A DNA stretch of 64,000 bases from an uncultured Gemmatimonadales bacterium (GCA_963798915.1 CAWCVB010000006.1:416001-480000), one strand, 5' to 3'; shown: positions 49,551-59,768, counted from the stretch's first letter. The notes: generated by a model from the sequence alone, not told the origin. Translations and numbers: made by a program.

Positions 49551-51020
49551 TCAGACGATCTCCACCTTGAGGAGGTTCGTGGTGCCCGGCTGATCCCACG
49601 GCACGCCCGCCGTCACTACAACGCGATCACCCACCTCGGCAAGGCCGCGGTCCAACAGCCGCTGACGGGCCTCGGGCAGCATGTGTTCGTAGGTGGGATA
49701 GTGATCGGCCAGCGCAGGAATGACTCCCCAGACCAGCGCCAGCTGGCGAAACGTTTCCGGCTCGGGCGTGACGGCAAAGATCGGTACCGGTGGCCGGCAG
49801 GCAGCGACCATGCGCGCGGTGAAGCCGGACGACGTGAAGCAGACGATGCATGGTGTCCGCAGCAGCTCGGCCGCGGCGCAGGTGGCGACGGCAATCGCCG
49901 TCTCGGTGCGGGTGGCCGCGTGATCGGTGCCGCGTCGCCCGAACGCGCCCGCCGGATCGACGCTCCGTCCGGCCACGATATCGAGTGCGCTGCTTCGCGC
50001 GGGGCGCTCACGCTCGAGCTCATGCGCGATCCGGACCATGGCTTCAACCGACTCCTTCGCGAAGGCGCCGACGGCGGTCTCGGCGGAAAGCATCACGGCA
50101 TCGGTACCGTCCAGGATGGCGTTGGCCACGTCGGAGACCTCCGCCCGAGTTGGCCGGGGCGCATGCACCATGCTTTCGAGCATCTGGGTCGCGGTGATGA
50201 CCGGCTTGTGCGCAAGATTCGCCTCGCGAATAAGCCGCTTCTGCGCCAGCGGCACCTCCTCGAAGGGAAGTTCGACCCCAAGGTCACCGCGCGCCACCAT
50301 GATGGCATCCGCTGCCGCGATGATGGGTCGCAGATTCTTGAGCGCCGTGTCCTTCTCGATCTTGGCGATGAGCTTGATGCGCTTGGGGATCAGGCGGCGC
50401 ATCGCCTCGAGATCCTCTGCCCGACGCACAAATGACATCGCGATGTAGTCGACGCCGAGCTCGGCAGCCCGCTGGGCCTCCTCGCGATCCCGATCGTTGA
50501 TGGCCGGAGCGCTGACCTCGGCACCAGGCAGATTGATGCCCTTGCTGCTTCGAAGCTCGCCGCCATACAGCACCTTGCCGCGAACCCGATCGCCATGCAC
50601 CTGTGTCACTTCCACGACCAGCAAACCATCGTCGAGCAGGACTCGCGATCCTACAGAGACGTCCCGGGCGAGCGCATCGTAGGTGGTCGGAATCTCGGCT
50701 GGCGACGCAGTCTCCTCCGGAGCGAAGGTGACCAGTTCGTCGGTGGTGAGCAGCCGTGGCGCAGCCAGACGGCCGACCCGGATCCGCGGACCTTGCAGGT
50801 CTACCAGGATGGCGGCCGAGGCGCCTGCGGCCGCTCGGTCCTTGAGCACCGCTTTCAGGTCCCTGATCCAGCGATCACGGATCTCGGGCGTGCCATGGGA
50901 TGTATTGACCCGGACCACGTCAACGCCTGCATCCAGCAGGCTCCGCATCGCGTCGGGCGTTTCCCAGCTTGGGCCGAGCGTGGCGACAATCTTGGTGCGG
51001 CGGTAGGTGGTACGGCTCAC
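49551..51020 (-). CDS. pyk: Pyruvate kinase
   Basis: RRTKIVATLGP, DLQGPRIR, IAKIE, MVARGDLGVE, ATQMLESM and PTRAE. Start is GTG 51020 or ATG 51092. Confidence 0.95.
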   Translation of the reverse strand: MSRTTYRRTKIVATLGPSWETPDAMRSLLDAGVDVVRVNTSHGTPEIRDRWIRDLKAVLKDRAAAGASAAILVDLQGPRIRVGRLAAPRLLTTDELVTFAPEETASPAEIPTTYDALARDVSVGSRVLLDDGLLVVEVTQVHGDRVRGKVLYGGELRSSKGINLPGAEVSAPAINDRDREEAQRAAELGVDYIAMSFVRRAEDLEAMRRLIPKRIKLIAKIEKDTALKNLRPIIAAADAIMVARGDLGVELPFEEVPLAQKRLIREANLAHKPVITATQMLESMVHAPRPTRAEVSDVANAILDGTDAVMLSAETAVGAFAKESVEAMVRIAHELERERPARSSALDIVAGRSVDPAGAFGRRGTDHAATRTETAIAVATCAAAELLRTPCIVCFTSSGFTARMVAACRPPVPIFAVTPEPETFRQLALVWGVIPALADHYPTYEHMLPEARQRLLDRGLAEVGDRVVVTAGVPWDQPGTTNLLKVEIV

Positions 51021-51210
51021 GAGCGCTCCGGTTAGTCTGACGGGTGGCGGCGCCCGCAGTTTAGTCGGATCGGAGTTGCGTTGCACGGCCATGAATAATC
51101 GTGGCGCGGCCGCAACGCCTGCGGCCCCGGCCAGTGCCACAGCCGATGGCTTGGGGTCCGGAAGTACTGGACCGTGACCACAGCGCCTGAGGTAAAAGCA
51201 TGTTTCACTC

Positions 51211-51226
51211 TGGCCCCGGACTTGCA
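51211..51226 (+). promoter_or_regulatory. Candidate sigma54 -24/-12 promoter
   Basis: TGGCCCCGGACTTGCA (GG-N10-GC), 40-60 bp before the deacetylase-GT start. Confidence 0.55.
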
Positions 51227-51267
51227 AAATCCGGCCCCACGCGGTCAATCCCCCGCTTCCCGGATCA

Positions 51268-52983
51268 ATGATGACGTCGCAACGAATGCAGCGCCACGTG
51301 CTGACCGTGGGCCTGGAGGACTTCTTCCAGGTGGACGCCTTCGACCGTCTGATCGAACCGCGCCAGTGGTCCCGGTTCGAACGGCGGCTGGAGCGGAGCA
51401 CCGCGCGCACCCTTGAACTGCTGGATGCATCGGGTACCCGGGCCACGTTCTTTGTCCTGGGCTGGATTGCCGATTTCGTGCCCGAGCTGGTGCGGGCCAT
51501 TGCCGATCGCGGCCACGAGATCGCCAGCCGGGGCTACGATCATCGCAGTGTGAGCACGCTCGACCCGGCATCGTTCCGGGAAGACCTGACTCGCTCACGA
51601 GAGGCGATTGAGCGGGCGGCCGGTGTCCGGGTGCTGGGGCACCGCGCCGCCCGACTCTGGTACCATCCGGTCAACCTCTGGGCTCTCGACGTTCTCGCCG
51701 CCGAGGGATACGCCTACGACTCGAGCCTGGCGCCGTTCCTTCGCCGGTTTGCGCACGACCCGTGGAGGCGGCACTGTCATCCGGTCCAGACTGCACATGG
51801 CCCCATCTGGGAGCTGCCGGTCAGCACCACCAGGGTCCTTGGCCAGGCCGTGCCGATCGCAGGCGGCAACTATGTGCGGCAGCTCCCCTCGAAGTTTATC
51901 GACCGCCGGATCGACCGCTGGATGCGCGAAGAGCCGGCCCCTTTTGTGATGTATTTCCACGTCTGGGAACTGGATCCCGAGCAACCACGTGTCGCGGCTC
52001 CGCTGCTCCAGCGCGTGCGGCAGTATCGGAACCTGGACCGGATGCGGGACTTTCTCTCCCGCTGGATCAGTTGCCAGCCTTTTGGCACCGCGGCTGCACT
52101 GCTGGATATTGAACAGCCGCGGCTGCGCTCGAGCCCGGCGTCCCAGGGGGTGCCACACGTCACTCTTCCCGCCCCTGCCGGGCCGACCCTGACGCCCGTC
52201 ACCGTCGTGGTGCCGTGCTTCAACGAAGCACACTCGCTGGGCTCACTGGCCAGCAGGCTCGATGCGCTGCAGCGAACGCTCGGCCATCAGTACGCCTTGT
52301 CGTATGTCTTCGTGGACGACGGAAGCACCGACCAGACGTGGTCAGTCCTTGAACGGCTCTTCGGCAGCAGGACCGACGTGAACCGGGTGCGCCTGCCGCG
52401 TAACCAGGGCATCGCAGCGGCGATCAGGACTGGCGTGCTGCGCGCTCGCACCGAAATCGTCTGCTCGATTGACGTTCGCTGCAGCCACGATCCCATCGTC
52501 CTGGGCACAATGCTTCCCTGCCTGCGTGACGGCGTGGACATGGTAACCGCATCTCCGTACTACGTGGACGGCGCCGTGCGAAACATGCCAGCCTGGCGTC
52601 TGGGGCTCTCGCGCGCCCTGTCGCGCCTGTACGGCCTCCTCCTCGGCAGCCGCATCACCAGCTACACCAGTTGCTTCAGGGTGTACCGGCGAAGCCAGGT
52701 GGCGGCCTGCCGGGCGGATCGGGGTGGTGATCTCGGGATCACAGAGCTGCTGGGACGGATGTTGCTCGCCGGCGGGAACGTTGTCGAGGTGCCCGCGGCG
52801 CTCGAGGTACCAGTAGTCGCCCAGCCGAAGCTGAAGCTGGCAGGAACGATTGCCGGCCATCTCGGGCTTTGTGGTTCGCTGCTGGGCCTCCGGGTTCGAT
52901 TGGCTGCACGTGAAGCTGCGCGGCGCGTGTCGGGCATGACACCAAGCCGGGTGCGCCAGGTAACGGTCAGTGGCGCTCCCTGA
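51268..52983 (+). CDS. Fusion of XrtA/PEP-CTERM-type polysaccharide deacetylase (DUF3473-like) and GT2 glycosyltransferase
   Basis: ATFFVLGWIA, YDSS, AGGNYVR and YFHVWELDPEQP, then VVVPCFNE, VDDGSTD and TSCFRVYR. Start 51268-51286. Confidence 0.88.
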   Translation: MMTSQRMQRHVLTVGLEDFFQVDAFDRLIEPRQWSRFERRLERSTARTLELLDASGTRATFFVLGWIADFVPELVRAIADRGHEIASRGYDHRSVSTLDPASFREDLTRSREAIERAAGVRVLGHRAARLWYHPVNLWALDVLAAEGYAYDSSLAPFLRRFAHDPWRRHCHPVQTAHGPIWELPVSTTRVLGQAVPIAGGNYVRQLPSKFIDRRIDRWMREEPAPFVMYFHVWELDPEQPRVAAPLLQRVRQYRNLDRMRDFLSRWISCQPFGTAAALLDIEQPRLRSSPASQGVPHVTLPAPAGPTLTPVTVVVPCFNEAHSLGSLASRLDALQRTLGHQYALSYVFVDDGSTDQTWSVLERLFGSRTDVNRVRLPRNQGIAAAIRTGVLRARTEIVCSIDVRCSHDPIVLGTMLPCLRDGVDMVTASPYYVDGAVRNMPAWRLGLSRALSRLYGLLLGSRITSYTSCFRVYRRSQVAACRADRGGDLGITELLGRMLLAGGNVVEVPAALEVPVVAQPKLKLAGTIAGHLGLCGSLLGLRVRLAAREAARRVSGMTPSRVRQVTVSGAP

Positions 52984-53077
52984 GATCGCGGCGCCAGTCA
53001 GCGGCTCATGGAGAACGTTCCCGTCGACGCTGGCCAGCCGATCGATGGGCAGGGGGTCGGGCGCACTTTCCAGTAGC

Positions 53078-53141
53078 TTTTCCACATTCCATTGGCCCTT
53101 CACCTCATTCCAGGTTTCACTGATGGAGGCTGTGTGGAAAA
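53078..53141. promoter_or_regulatory. Two inverted DnaA-box-like 9-mers
   Basis: TTTTCCACA at 53078-53086 and TGTGGAAAA at 53133-53141 both match TTWTNCACA. Confidence 0.4.
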
Positions 53142-53312
53142 TTGCTGGCACGGCGAGGCTAAGCACATCCGCAACTTCACCGACTCATGCAATCGGCCTC
53201 AAGTATAACATTATCATGCGCAGAGGAAGTCCACTACTCCCAATGTTATAGCCGGCGTCCTCTATCCTCAATTCTTGGATTTCGACAGTGTCGCCAGTGT
53301 TGCCTTGTGGTG

Positions 53313-54182
53313 TCAGTGGTTGGCTTTTTCCACGCCCTCCACACGCGGCGGAACACCCGCAGGGCCATCCACAATCGATTGTTCAAAGTCTCGGGAGAAG
53401 CTGAACCGGGCCGAACCGCCGAGCCAGTATTCCGCCACCCATCGTATGGGAGAGCGCAGCAGCGCCGTCGCCATGATGCCCGTGCCAGAGACCCGCAGGC
53501 TTCCAACCACGTGGCGACGGCTGAGGGGCTCACTGTGAACCTGAACCCGCCAGTGAGGCGGCTGGCCAACCAGCTCCCAGAGCTCGTCGGCTGTGCCCGC
53601 TGGCATCTCGGCGGCGAGGTTCCCTTCCCAGACCAATCGCGATTCATCGATCTGGGCCCGCACCAGGCGCTGACCGGTCAAGTCGTCGACATCGAGCTCG
53701 GCCTCGAACTGCAGCACCTCCGCCGAGCGCGCCAGATCGCCAGCCGCTCGAAGGTCTCCCTCGGTGGTGAAAATGACGGCTGGCAGCCCCCCGGCCGCTG
53801 TGCGCACCTGCCAGACCAGCACGCTGACCGGCCTGTCCTTGTGTCGCTGCCTCTTATGGCCCGTCCGGCTCGAGTCGGCCTGCCAGAGGCAGATGGACGA
53901 GGGATACCAGTCTCGGAGCGAGTCCGCGGCCTCTACGGCCCTCCCCAGAACCGGACCCAGGCTACCCGCGGCGGAGGCCGGCACGGGATGGTAGGCCTGA
54001 AACGGTGTGCGCTGGAGCAGGTCGGGTGCAATGAGAAAGTCGACACAGAGGCCGGTACGGAGGCCGTACAGCACCCAGCTGGTGGCGCCCTGGGCCTGGA
54101 CGACAAAGGGCAGGACCAGGAGCACCAGCAGCGCCCCGATCCTGCCCCCTGCGCGCCCAGAAGATGGGCGGTCTTCGCTCAC
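53313..54182 (-). CDS. Exported hypothetical protein
   Basis: 289 aa with a signal-like segment (LLVLLVLPFVVQAQ); 4-bp overlap with the upstream gene. Confidence 0.7.
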   Translation of the reverse strand: MSEDRPSSGRAGGRIGALLVLLVLPFVVQAQGATSWVLYGLRTGLCVDFLIAPDLLQRTPFQAYHPVPASAAGSLGPVLGRAVEAADSLRDWYPSSICLWQADSSRTGHKRQRHKDRPVSVLVWQVRTAAGGLPAVIFTTEGDLRAAGDLARSAEVLQFEAELDVDDLTGQRLVRAQIDESRLVWEGNLAAEMPAGTADELWELVGQPPHWRVQVHSEPLSRRHVVGSLRVSGTGIMATALLRSPIRWVAEYWLGGSARFSFSRDFEQSIVDGPAGVPPRVEGVEKANH

Positions 54183-54757
54183 CCCCGACCCGCCTGCGCC
54201 ACGGCCTTCTTCAGCGCATCGTACGCCTTGGGATCGAGCGCGCCGAACTGCATGTTTCGATAGGCGACCCGTCCGGAGGGATCGATGACGAACACTGTCC
54301 GCCGGTTGTATCCGCTGGAGCCGGCGCTCCCATATCGCCTGGACACCTGCTGGCGCGGGTCGCTCAGCAACGCGAAGGGCATCCCGATGCTCTGGGCAAA
54401 GCGCTGGTGCGACTCCACCGAATCAACGCTGATGCCGACCACGACAACATTGTCGCCAAACAACTCGCTGTACCGGTCGGTAAACTGCTGCATTTCCGCG
54501 GTGCAGCCGCTGGTGAAGTCCTTGGGATAGAACGCAACGACCACGGTCTTGCCGCGCTGACTCGCCAGGGCAAAGTCGGCATCCACACTCCCAATCGAAT
54601 CGCGCGTGGCCCAAGCCAGGCGGAAATCCGGAGCCATCTGCCCGACGTCTGGTCCGCCCACGAGCATCGCCGTCGGCGGGCCCTTATCCTGCGCCGCGGC
54701 CGGCGCGGCGACCAAGCCTGCAAGCGCCACGGTTGTGATCAGCCGTCTCCACATCAT
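54179..54757 (-). CDS. Exported peroxiredoxin (BCP/PrxQ-like, single Cys)
   Basis: Signal peptide, APDF, FYPKDFTSGCT, GISVD and RTVFVID. Confidence 0.88.
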   Translation of the reverse strand: MMWRRLITTVALAGLVAAPAAAQDKGPPTAMLVGGPDVGQMAPDFRLAWATRDSIGSVDADFALASQRGKTVVVAFYPKDFTSGCTAEMQQFTDRYSELFGDNVVVVGISVDSVESHQRFAQSIGMPFALLSDPRQQVSRRYGSAGSSGYNRRTVFVIDPSGRVAYRNMQFGALDPKAYDALKKAVAQAGRG

Positions 54758-55284
54758 TCAGTCCCCTCCTGCTGGTGTTGGCGCCCGCTGGCCTGCTGCA
54801 GCGCCGCAGTGACATTCTGATTTCCGCCCAACCCGGTGTAGATGACCCGCCCACTCCGGTCGGCTATCACGATGAAGGAAGTCGCCGGAGGATCCCAGGC
54901 ACTGGCCGCGGTGCCCGCGTCGTCGTAGAGCACTTCAAAGGGCGGATGTTCCCGCCGGATATAGTCGCGCACTCGTTGCTTCGAGTCGCCGACCGTGACG
55001 TTGATACCGATGAAATCGACAGCGTCGCCGAAAGTCTCGTGGGCCGCCTTCAGCTTGGGCAGCATGGCGGCGCATGAGGTGCACCACGTGGCCCAGAACT
55101 CGATCAGGACTGGCCGGCGGCCGAAGACCGCGCCGAGATCCCGGTCCGCGCCGTCCAGATCGTGTACCACCAGCCCGGCAAGCTGATCGCCCACGGCAAT
55201 GCCGGCTTGGTCCTGCCCCAAAGCAGGCGATGCCGCGGCAACGACCATCGCCAGCAACAGGCCGCTCACCCGCCCGCCCCTCAT
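54754..55284 (-). CDS. TlpA-family thiol:disulfide oxidoreductase
   Basis: Signal peptide and FWATWCTSC. Confidence 0.88.
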   Translation of the reverse strand: MRGGRVSGLLLAMVVAAASPALGQDQAGIAVGDQLAGLVVHDLDGADRDLGAVFGRRPVLIEFWATWCTSCAAMLPKLKAAHETFGDAVDFIGINVTVGDSKQRVRDYIRREHPPFEVLYDDAGTAASAWDPPATSFIVIADRSGRVIYTGLGGNQNVTAALQQASGRQHQQEGTE

Positions 55285-56534
55285 GCCGACACCGCGCCAG
55301 GCACCGCGTCCGGGTCCCCAGCGGGACGGTAGCGGTGCGCGACGTAATCTTCGAGAATCACCAGAAACTCCGGTACGATATTGTCACCACGTAATGTGAC
55401 GGCGAGTCGCCCATCGATGAACACAGGTGCCTTGGGTTCTTCGAACGTTCCGGGTAGCGAGATACCGATGTTGGCATGCTTGGACTCGCCCGGGCCGTTC
55501 ACCACACAACCCATGACGGCCACCTTGAGTTCCTCGACCCCCGGCCGCTCCGAGCGCCACACCGGCATCTGGGCCCGCAGGTAGGACTGGATGTCCATCG
55601 CCATCTGCTGAAAGAAGGTGCTGGTAGTGCGCCCGCAGCCAGGGCAACTGGTCACCTGGGGGGCGAAGCTGCGGAGGCCCATGCTCTGCAGGATCTGCTG
55701 CGCGACCTGGACCTCCTCAGTGCGGTCGCCACCTGGCGCCGGCGTGAGTGAGACGCGAATGGTGTCGCCGATACCCTCCTGCAGCAGGATGGCGAGACCA
55801 GCGGTGCTGGCCACGATGCCCTTCATGCCGAGCCCGGCCTCCGTCAGGCCGAGATGCAGCGGGAAGTCGCACCGGCCCGCCAGCATGCGGTACACATCCA
55901 CCAGGTCCTGCACACCGCTGACCTTCGCGCTGAGAATGATACGATTGCGTGGCATGCCGGCCTGCTGCGCAAATGCGGCGCTCTGGAGCGCGCTCTCGAC
56001 CATTGCTTCCATCGTCACGGCACGCGCGTCGCGCGGACGCGGCGAGGCCGCGTTCGCGTCCATCATCTCGGTCAGCAGGGACTGGTCCAGCGATCCCCAG
56101 TTCACGCCGATGCGGACCGGCTTCTCGAAGCGGAGGGCGACGTCGAGGATGGCCCCGAAATGCTGGTCCTGCCGCTTGCCACCGACGTTGCCAGGATTGA
56201 TGCGATACTTCGCCAGGGCGCGGGCGCATTCCGGATGGCGGGTCAACAGCAGGTGGCCGTTGTAGTGGAAATCGCCGACGATGGGCACGGCGAGTCCAAG
56301 ACCATCGAGGTGCTCGACGATGCGCGGCACCGCCCTCGCGGCGGCGTCGTTGTTCACGGTCACCCGCACCAGTTCGCTCCCGGCACGCGCCAGCGCGAGC
56401 ACCTGCTGAACCGTCGCCTCGGCGTCGGCCGTATCGGTGTTGGTCATGGACTGGACCACAACCGGGTGGCTGGAGCCAATCTGCACGCCGCCAACGGCGA
56501 CGCTTGGCGTCTCGCGCCTCAACTGAGATGGCAT
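55281..56534 (-). CDS. ispG: 4-hydroxy-3-methylbut-2-enyl diphosphate synthase
   Basis: [36 protein letters not shown] and [10 protein letters not shown]. Confidence 0.96.
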   Translation of the reverse strand: MPSQLRRETPSVAVGGVQIGSSHPVVVQSMTNTDTADAEATVQQVLALARAGSELVRVTVNNDAAARAVPRIVEHLDGLGLAVPIVGDFHYNGHLLLTRHPECARALAKYRINPGNVGGKRQDQHFGAILDVALRFEKPVRIGVNWGSLDQSLLTEMMDANAASPRPRDARAVTMEAMVESALQSAAFAQQAGMPRNRIILSAKVSGVQDLVDVYRMLAGRCDFPLHLGLTEAGLGMKGIVASTAGLAILLQEGIGDTIRVSLTPAPGGDRTEEVQVAQQILQSMGLRSFAPQVTSCPGCGRTTSTFFQQMAMDIQSYLRAQMPVWRSERPGVEELKVAVMGCVVNGPGESKHANIGISLPGTFEEPKAPVFIDGRLAVTLRGDNIVPEFLVILEDYVAHRYRPAGDPDAVPGAVSA

Positions 56535-56567
56535 GACGGAAATATAAGGGGATGGCCCGGCGAGCGA

Positions 56568-57308
56568 TCAGCGCAGGCATTTCTCCACGAACGCGCGGAT
56601 CGGCTCTCGCACGTCGTAATAGATGGCCATGGCATGCCCGGCACCGGGCGAGATCTGCACCTCGACATGGGCATGCCCCTCGCTCCAGCGGCGCGCATTC
56701 TCTGCCCCGTCGAATGGATCCGCTTCAGAGGAGGCAAGCAGCGCCGGCCAGCCTCCACTCGCAACAGAGGCCTGGATGCGCTCAACCGCGTCGGCTCCGT
56801 GCGCCAGGGCGCCGGCCGCGCCCAACGTCACGACTCCCAGGAGACCGTCCACGCGGGGCGCCGCCAGCAGCACGCCGGTGCCGCCCACGCTGCCACCCAC
56901 CAGCAGCAGTGAGGGCGCGATGAAGTTTTGCGCCGCGCCCCAGGCCGCCACCCGGACAATGTCATCGGCGATGAGGGGAAAGCGCACCCGTTCGGCGCTC
57001 GCCATGAACGCCGTGCCGAACGCGCCAGCGGTGAAATCCTTCGGGGTGTCCACCACCAGCGGCCGAGCCAGGCCATGGATGGAGGCCCCATGCCCGCGCT
57101 CATCGAATGCCAGCGTCGCCAGTCCCAGCTCATGCAGATCCTGGACGAGGGGCTCGAAACTATGCCGGTCGGAGGGATACTGATGGGCCAGCACCGCGAG
57201 CGGCCAGGATCGGCCCGGCGAACGCGCCGGATAGCGGAGTTCGCCGGCCAGCACCAGATCATCTTCCGCCCGCACCGACATGCTGATGGGGGCGAGGGCG
57301 GGCTCCAT
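56568..57308 (-). CDS. Alpha/beta-fold hydrolase
   Basis: AFDERGHGAS, nucleophile elbow GGSVG, Asp (EADP) and His (GAGH). ATG 57308. Confidence 0.8.
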   Translation of the reverse strand: MEPALAPISMSVRAEDDLVLAGELRYPARSPGRSWPLAVLAHQYPSDRHSFEPLVQDLHELGLATLAFDERGHGASIHGLARPLVVDTPKDFTAGAFGTAFMASAERVRFPLIADDIVRVAAWGAAQNFIAPSLLLVGGSVGGTGVLLAAPRVDGLLGVVTLGAAGALAHGADAVERIQASVASGGWPALLASSEADPFDGAENARRWSEGHAHVEVQISPGAGHAMAIYYDVREPIRAFVEKCLR

Positions 57309-57309
57309 C

Positions 57310-57576
57310 TCAGACGATCCCAAGCTGCGAGAGCAGGCGCCGGTAATCGACGTCGGAAACAAGGCCCTTCTGGTGAAGCGGATCGATGGCCGCCATGATA
57401 TCGGCCCGCGAGCCATCAATCCGCCGATCGCGGAGCTCCGAGACCATGCGGGCAAATCGATGTTCATACTCGTTCGGCTTGATTTCGCCGTTCGCGCGCT
57501 TGGTCGAAAGGCGCTCGAGTTCCTCCGCCACCCGGGCGGGAGAAATCGGCTTGAGGGCTCCCTGCTCATCTGACAT
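57310..57576 (-). CDS. Small helical hypothetical protein (SHOCT-like repeats)
   Basis: AAGGAG precedes ATG. EELERL...GEIKPNEY and LHQKGLVSDVDY. Confidence 0.65.
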   Translation of the reverse strand: MSDEQGALKPISPARVAEELERLSTKRANGEIKPNEYEHRFARMVSELRDRRIDGSRADIMAAIDPLHQKGLVSDVDYRRLLSQLGIV

Positions 57577-57665
57577 CTGCTGCTCCTTGACCGGTGACAT
57601 GACCGACGGACGTGCACAAAGCTGCCCGGACACGGGCCCGGGCGTCAACTCTGCTGGGACTGGGA

Positions 57666-57941
57666 TCAGGCGGTGCGCTGACGGCGGGGCTCGGCGGCAT
57701 CCGGATCGTCCGCGCGGGTGCGCAGGTCGGAAGTGTCGCCGCGCGACCAGCCGCCCCGAAACTCGAAGTGGCGGGTGTCGAGGAGACGATCGCCGAGCAC
57801 GACAGTGCCGGTGAGTTGCAGGTGCCAGAACAGCATCCGCGCCCCCACCTCGGCAGCCGGCGTCCACACGCCCGGCTGTACTGGGGGATACAGATGCGCA
57901 TACTCGGCTCTGAGACGTGCTTCGCGGATCGTGGAGTCCAT
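57666..57941 (-). CDS. Hypothetical protein
   Basis: GAGGGG precedes ATG 57941; REARLRAEYAHLYP...HFEFRGG. Confidence 0.65.
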   Translation of the reverse strand: MDSTIREARLRAEYAHLYPPVQPGVWTPAAEVGARMLFWHLQLTGTVVLGDRLLDTRHFEFRGGWSRGDTSDLRTRADDPDAAEPRRQRTA

Positions 57942-58038
57942 TGAGACCCCTCGGCCAGAGGATGTGGCGATCACGACGAAACGCTGGACGGCTGGACCAC
58001 TCACTATACGGGAGCCCGGCCGTCCGGTAAAGGGGCCT

Positions 58039-59589
58039 TCACTCGCTGATCACCACTTTGCCCCCGCCTTGCCCGCGCCGCAGGAGTAATGCCAAGGGGA
58101 GCGCCACGGCAAAGAGGATCGCTATGAGGTACAGAACGTGATCGTAGGAGAGCACGGCGGCCTGCTGGCGGATGCTCCGAGCGAGGAGTGCCAGCGCGCG
58201 CAGCCGGGCGTCGTCCGCCGACGCCCCGAACCGTTGCATCGCACCCGTGGCGCCCCTAAGCCACTGTCGGGTCACGGGATCGAAGGCGGTGACATGAGCG
58301 GTGAGGAGGGCGAAGTACCGGGCGCTCCCCCGGGAAACCTCGGTGGCCGCGATGGCAATGCCGACGCTGCCCGCCACCTGCCGGACCACGTTGTACAACC
58401 CGGTGGCCGCCGTCAGCCTCGGCTTCTCTATGGTGGCCAGGGCGGCGGTACTGAGGGGCACGAACAACAGGCTGAAGCCGAATCCCTGCCACACCTGGGG
58501 CCAGAAGATGTCCCAGAACCCGCTCACGGACGTCATCCGGGAGAGGTCCCAGAAGGAGTATGTGCTGACAATCAGACCGACGAAGACCATCGCCCGGGGT
58601 CCCAGCCGGTTGTACAGGCGGCCGGAAATCGGCATGGCCACCGCCATCGCAAGGCTGCGCGGCATCAGGGCCAGGCCCGACTCGAAGGCGCTGTAGCCCA
58701 GGATTGTCTGGAGGAAGAGCGGCAGAATGAAGAGACTGGAATACAAGCCGAGGCCGAGAATTCCGCCCACGGCGGTCGCAGCGGTAAAGGGGCCGTTGCG
58801 CAGGAGGCTGAGGTCCACAGCTGGTCTGCGAGTGCGGAGCTCGTGCCAGACGAACAGGAGCAGTCCCACGGCGGCGGCCAACCCGAGCATCACGATGAAT
58901 CGAGACTCGAACCAATCCTTGCCTTCCCCCTTCTCCAGCATGAGCTGCAGCGCGCCCAGCCCAAGCGCGAGCAGCGCGATGCCGGTCCAGTCCATGCCGC
59001 CACGTTTGCGCTCGAGAAAGGGCGGGTCGTGAATGAATCGCTGCACCAGGAAGAAGTTGAGCACCCCGATGGGCAAGTTGATGTAGAACACCCAGGGCCA
59101 GCTGTAGGTGTCGGTCAGCCAGCCACCGAGCGTCGGCCCCAGCGCCGGCGCGATGACGACCCCCATGCCGTAAACACCCATCGCCATCCCCTGCTCTTCG
59201 GTTGGGAAGCTCTCGCGAAGGATGGCCTGCGAGACGGTCATCAGCACGCCGCCGCCCATGCCCTGCAGCACCCGAAACACGACGATCACCTCGAGGCTCC
59301 GGGCGAGGCCACAGAGCATCGAGGCGACGGTGAACAGGACCACCGACATCTGGTACATCCGCTTGCGGCCAATCTGCTCGGCGAGCGTGCCGAGGATCGG
59401 CATGATGATGACGTTGGAGAGGATGTAGCCAGTGACGACCCAGGCGATCTCCTCGATGGAAGCGCCGAGGGTTCCCGCCATGTCCGGGAGGGCAACGTTG
59501 ACGATGCTCGAATCCAGCACCGCCATCATAGTGCCGGTCATCACCGTGACCGCGACGACCCACTTGTTGACTCCGGACTCGACGCTCAC
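58039..59589 (-). CDS. DHA2 (EmrB/QacA) family MFS efflux transporter
   Basis: LDSSIVNVALP, FRVLQGMGG, GPTLGGWL and WPWVFYINLPIG. GTG start at 59589 inferred. Confidence 0.93.
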   Translation of the reverse strand: MSVESGVNKWVVAVTVMTGTMMAVLDSSIVNVALPDMAGTLGASIEEIAWVVTGYILSNVIIMPILGTLAEQIGRKRMYQMSVVLFTVASMLCGLARSLEVIVVFRVLQGMGGGVLMTVSQAILRESFPTEEQGMAMGVYGMGVVIAPALGPTLGGWLTDTYSWPWVFYINLPIGVLNFFLVQRFIHDPPFLERKRGGMDWTGIALLALGLGALQLMLEKGEGKDWFESRFIVMLGLAAAVGLLLFVWHELRTRRPAVDLSLLRNGPFTAATAVGGILGLGLYSSLFILPLFLQTILGYSAFESGLALMPRSLAMAVAMPISGRLYNRLGPRAMVFVGLIVSTYSFWDLSRMTSVSGFWDIFWPQVWQGFGFSLLFVPLSTAALATIEKPRLTAATGLYNVVRQVAGSVGIAIAATEVSRGSARYFALLTAHVTAFDPVTRQWLRGATGAMQRFGASADDARLRALALLARSIRQQAAVLSYDHVLYLIAILFAVALPLALLLRRGQGGGKVVISE

Positions 59590-59768
59590 GTGAGGACGGG
59601 CCTGCGGAAGTGCGGGGACATTCTGGAATAAAGGACGGACGGGCCGGACAGGACAGACCCGAAGCAGAAACGGTCGGCGAGCCGGCCAGGCGCGGGAACC
59701 GGCTGGCGAGCTGGGCGGTTCAACGGTCCGGCGGACGTGCGCATGGTGCGTGAGTTCCGCCACCTGCC

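Noticed and set aside
53145..53161. TGGCACGG sigma54-like motif
   Set aside because: GG-to-GC spacing is 9 rather than 10, and no downstream + strand gene follows.
53195..53225. dif-like site (TGCGCATGA TAATGTTATA on the minus strand)
   Set aside because: It resembles XerC and XerD arms but lacks the 6-bp central spacer.
54500..55095. Selenocysteine in the peroxiredoxin or TlpA
   Set aside because: The active-site codons are TGC and there is no in-frame TGA.
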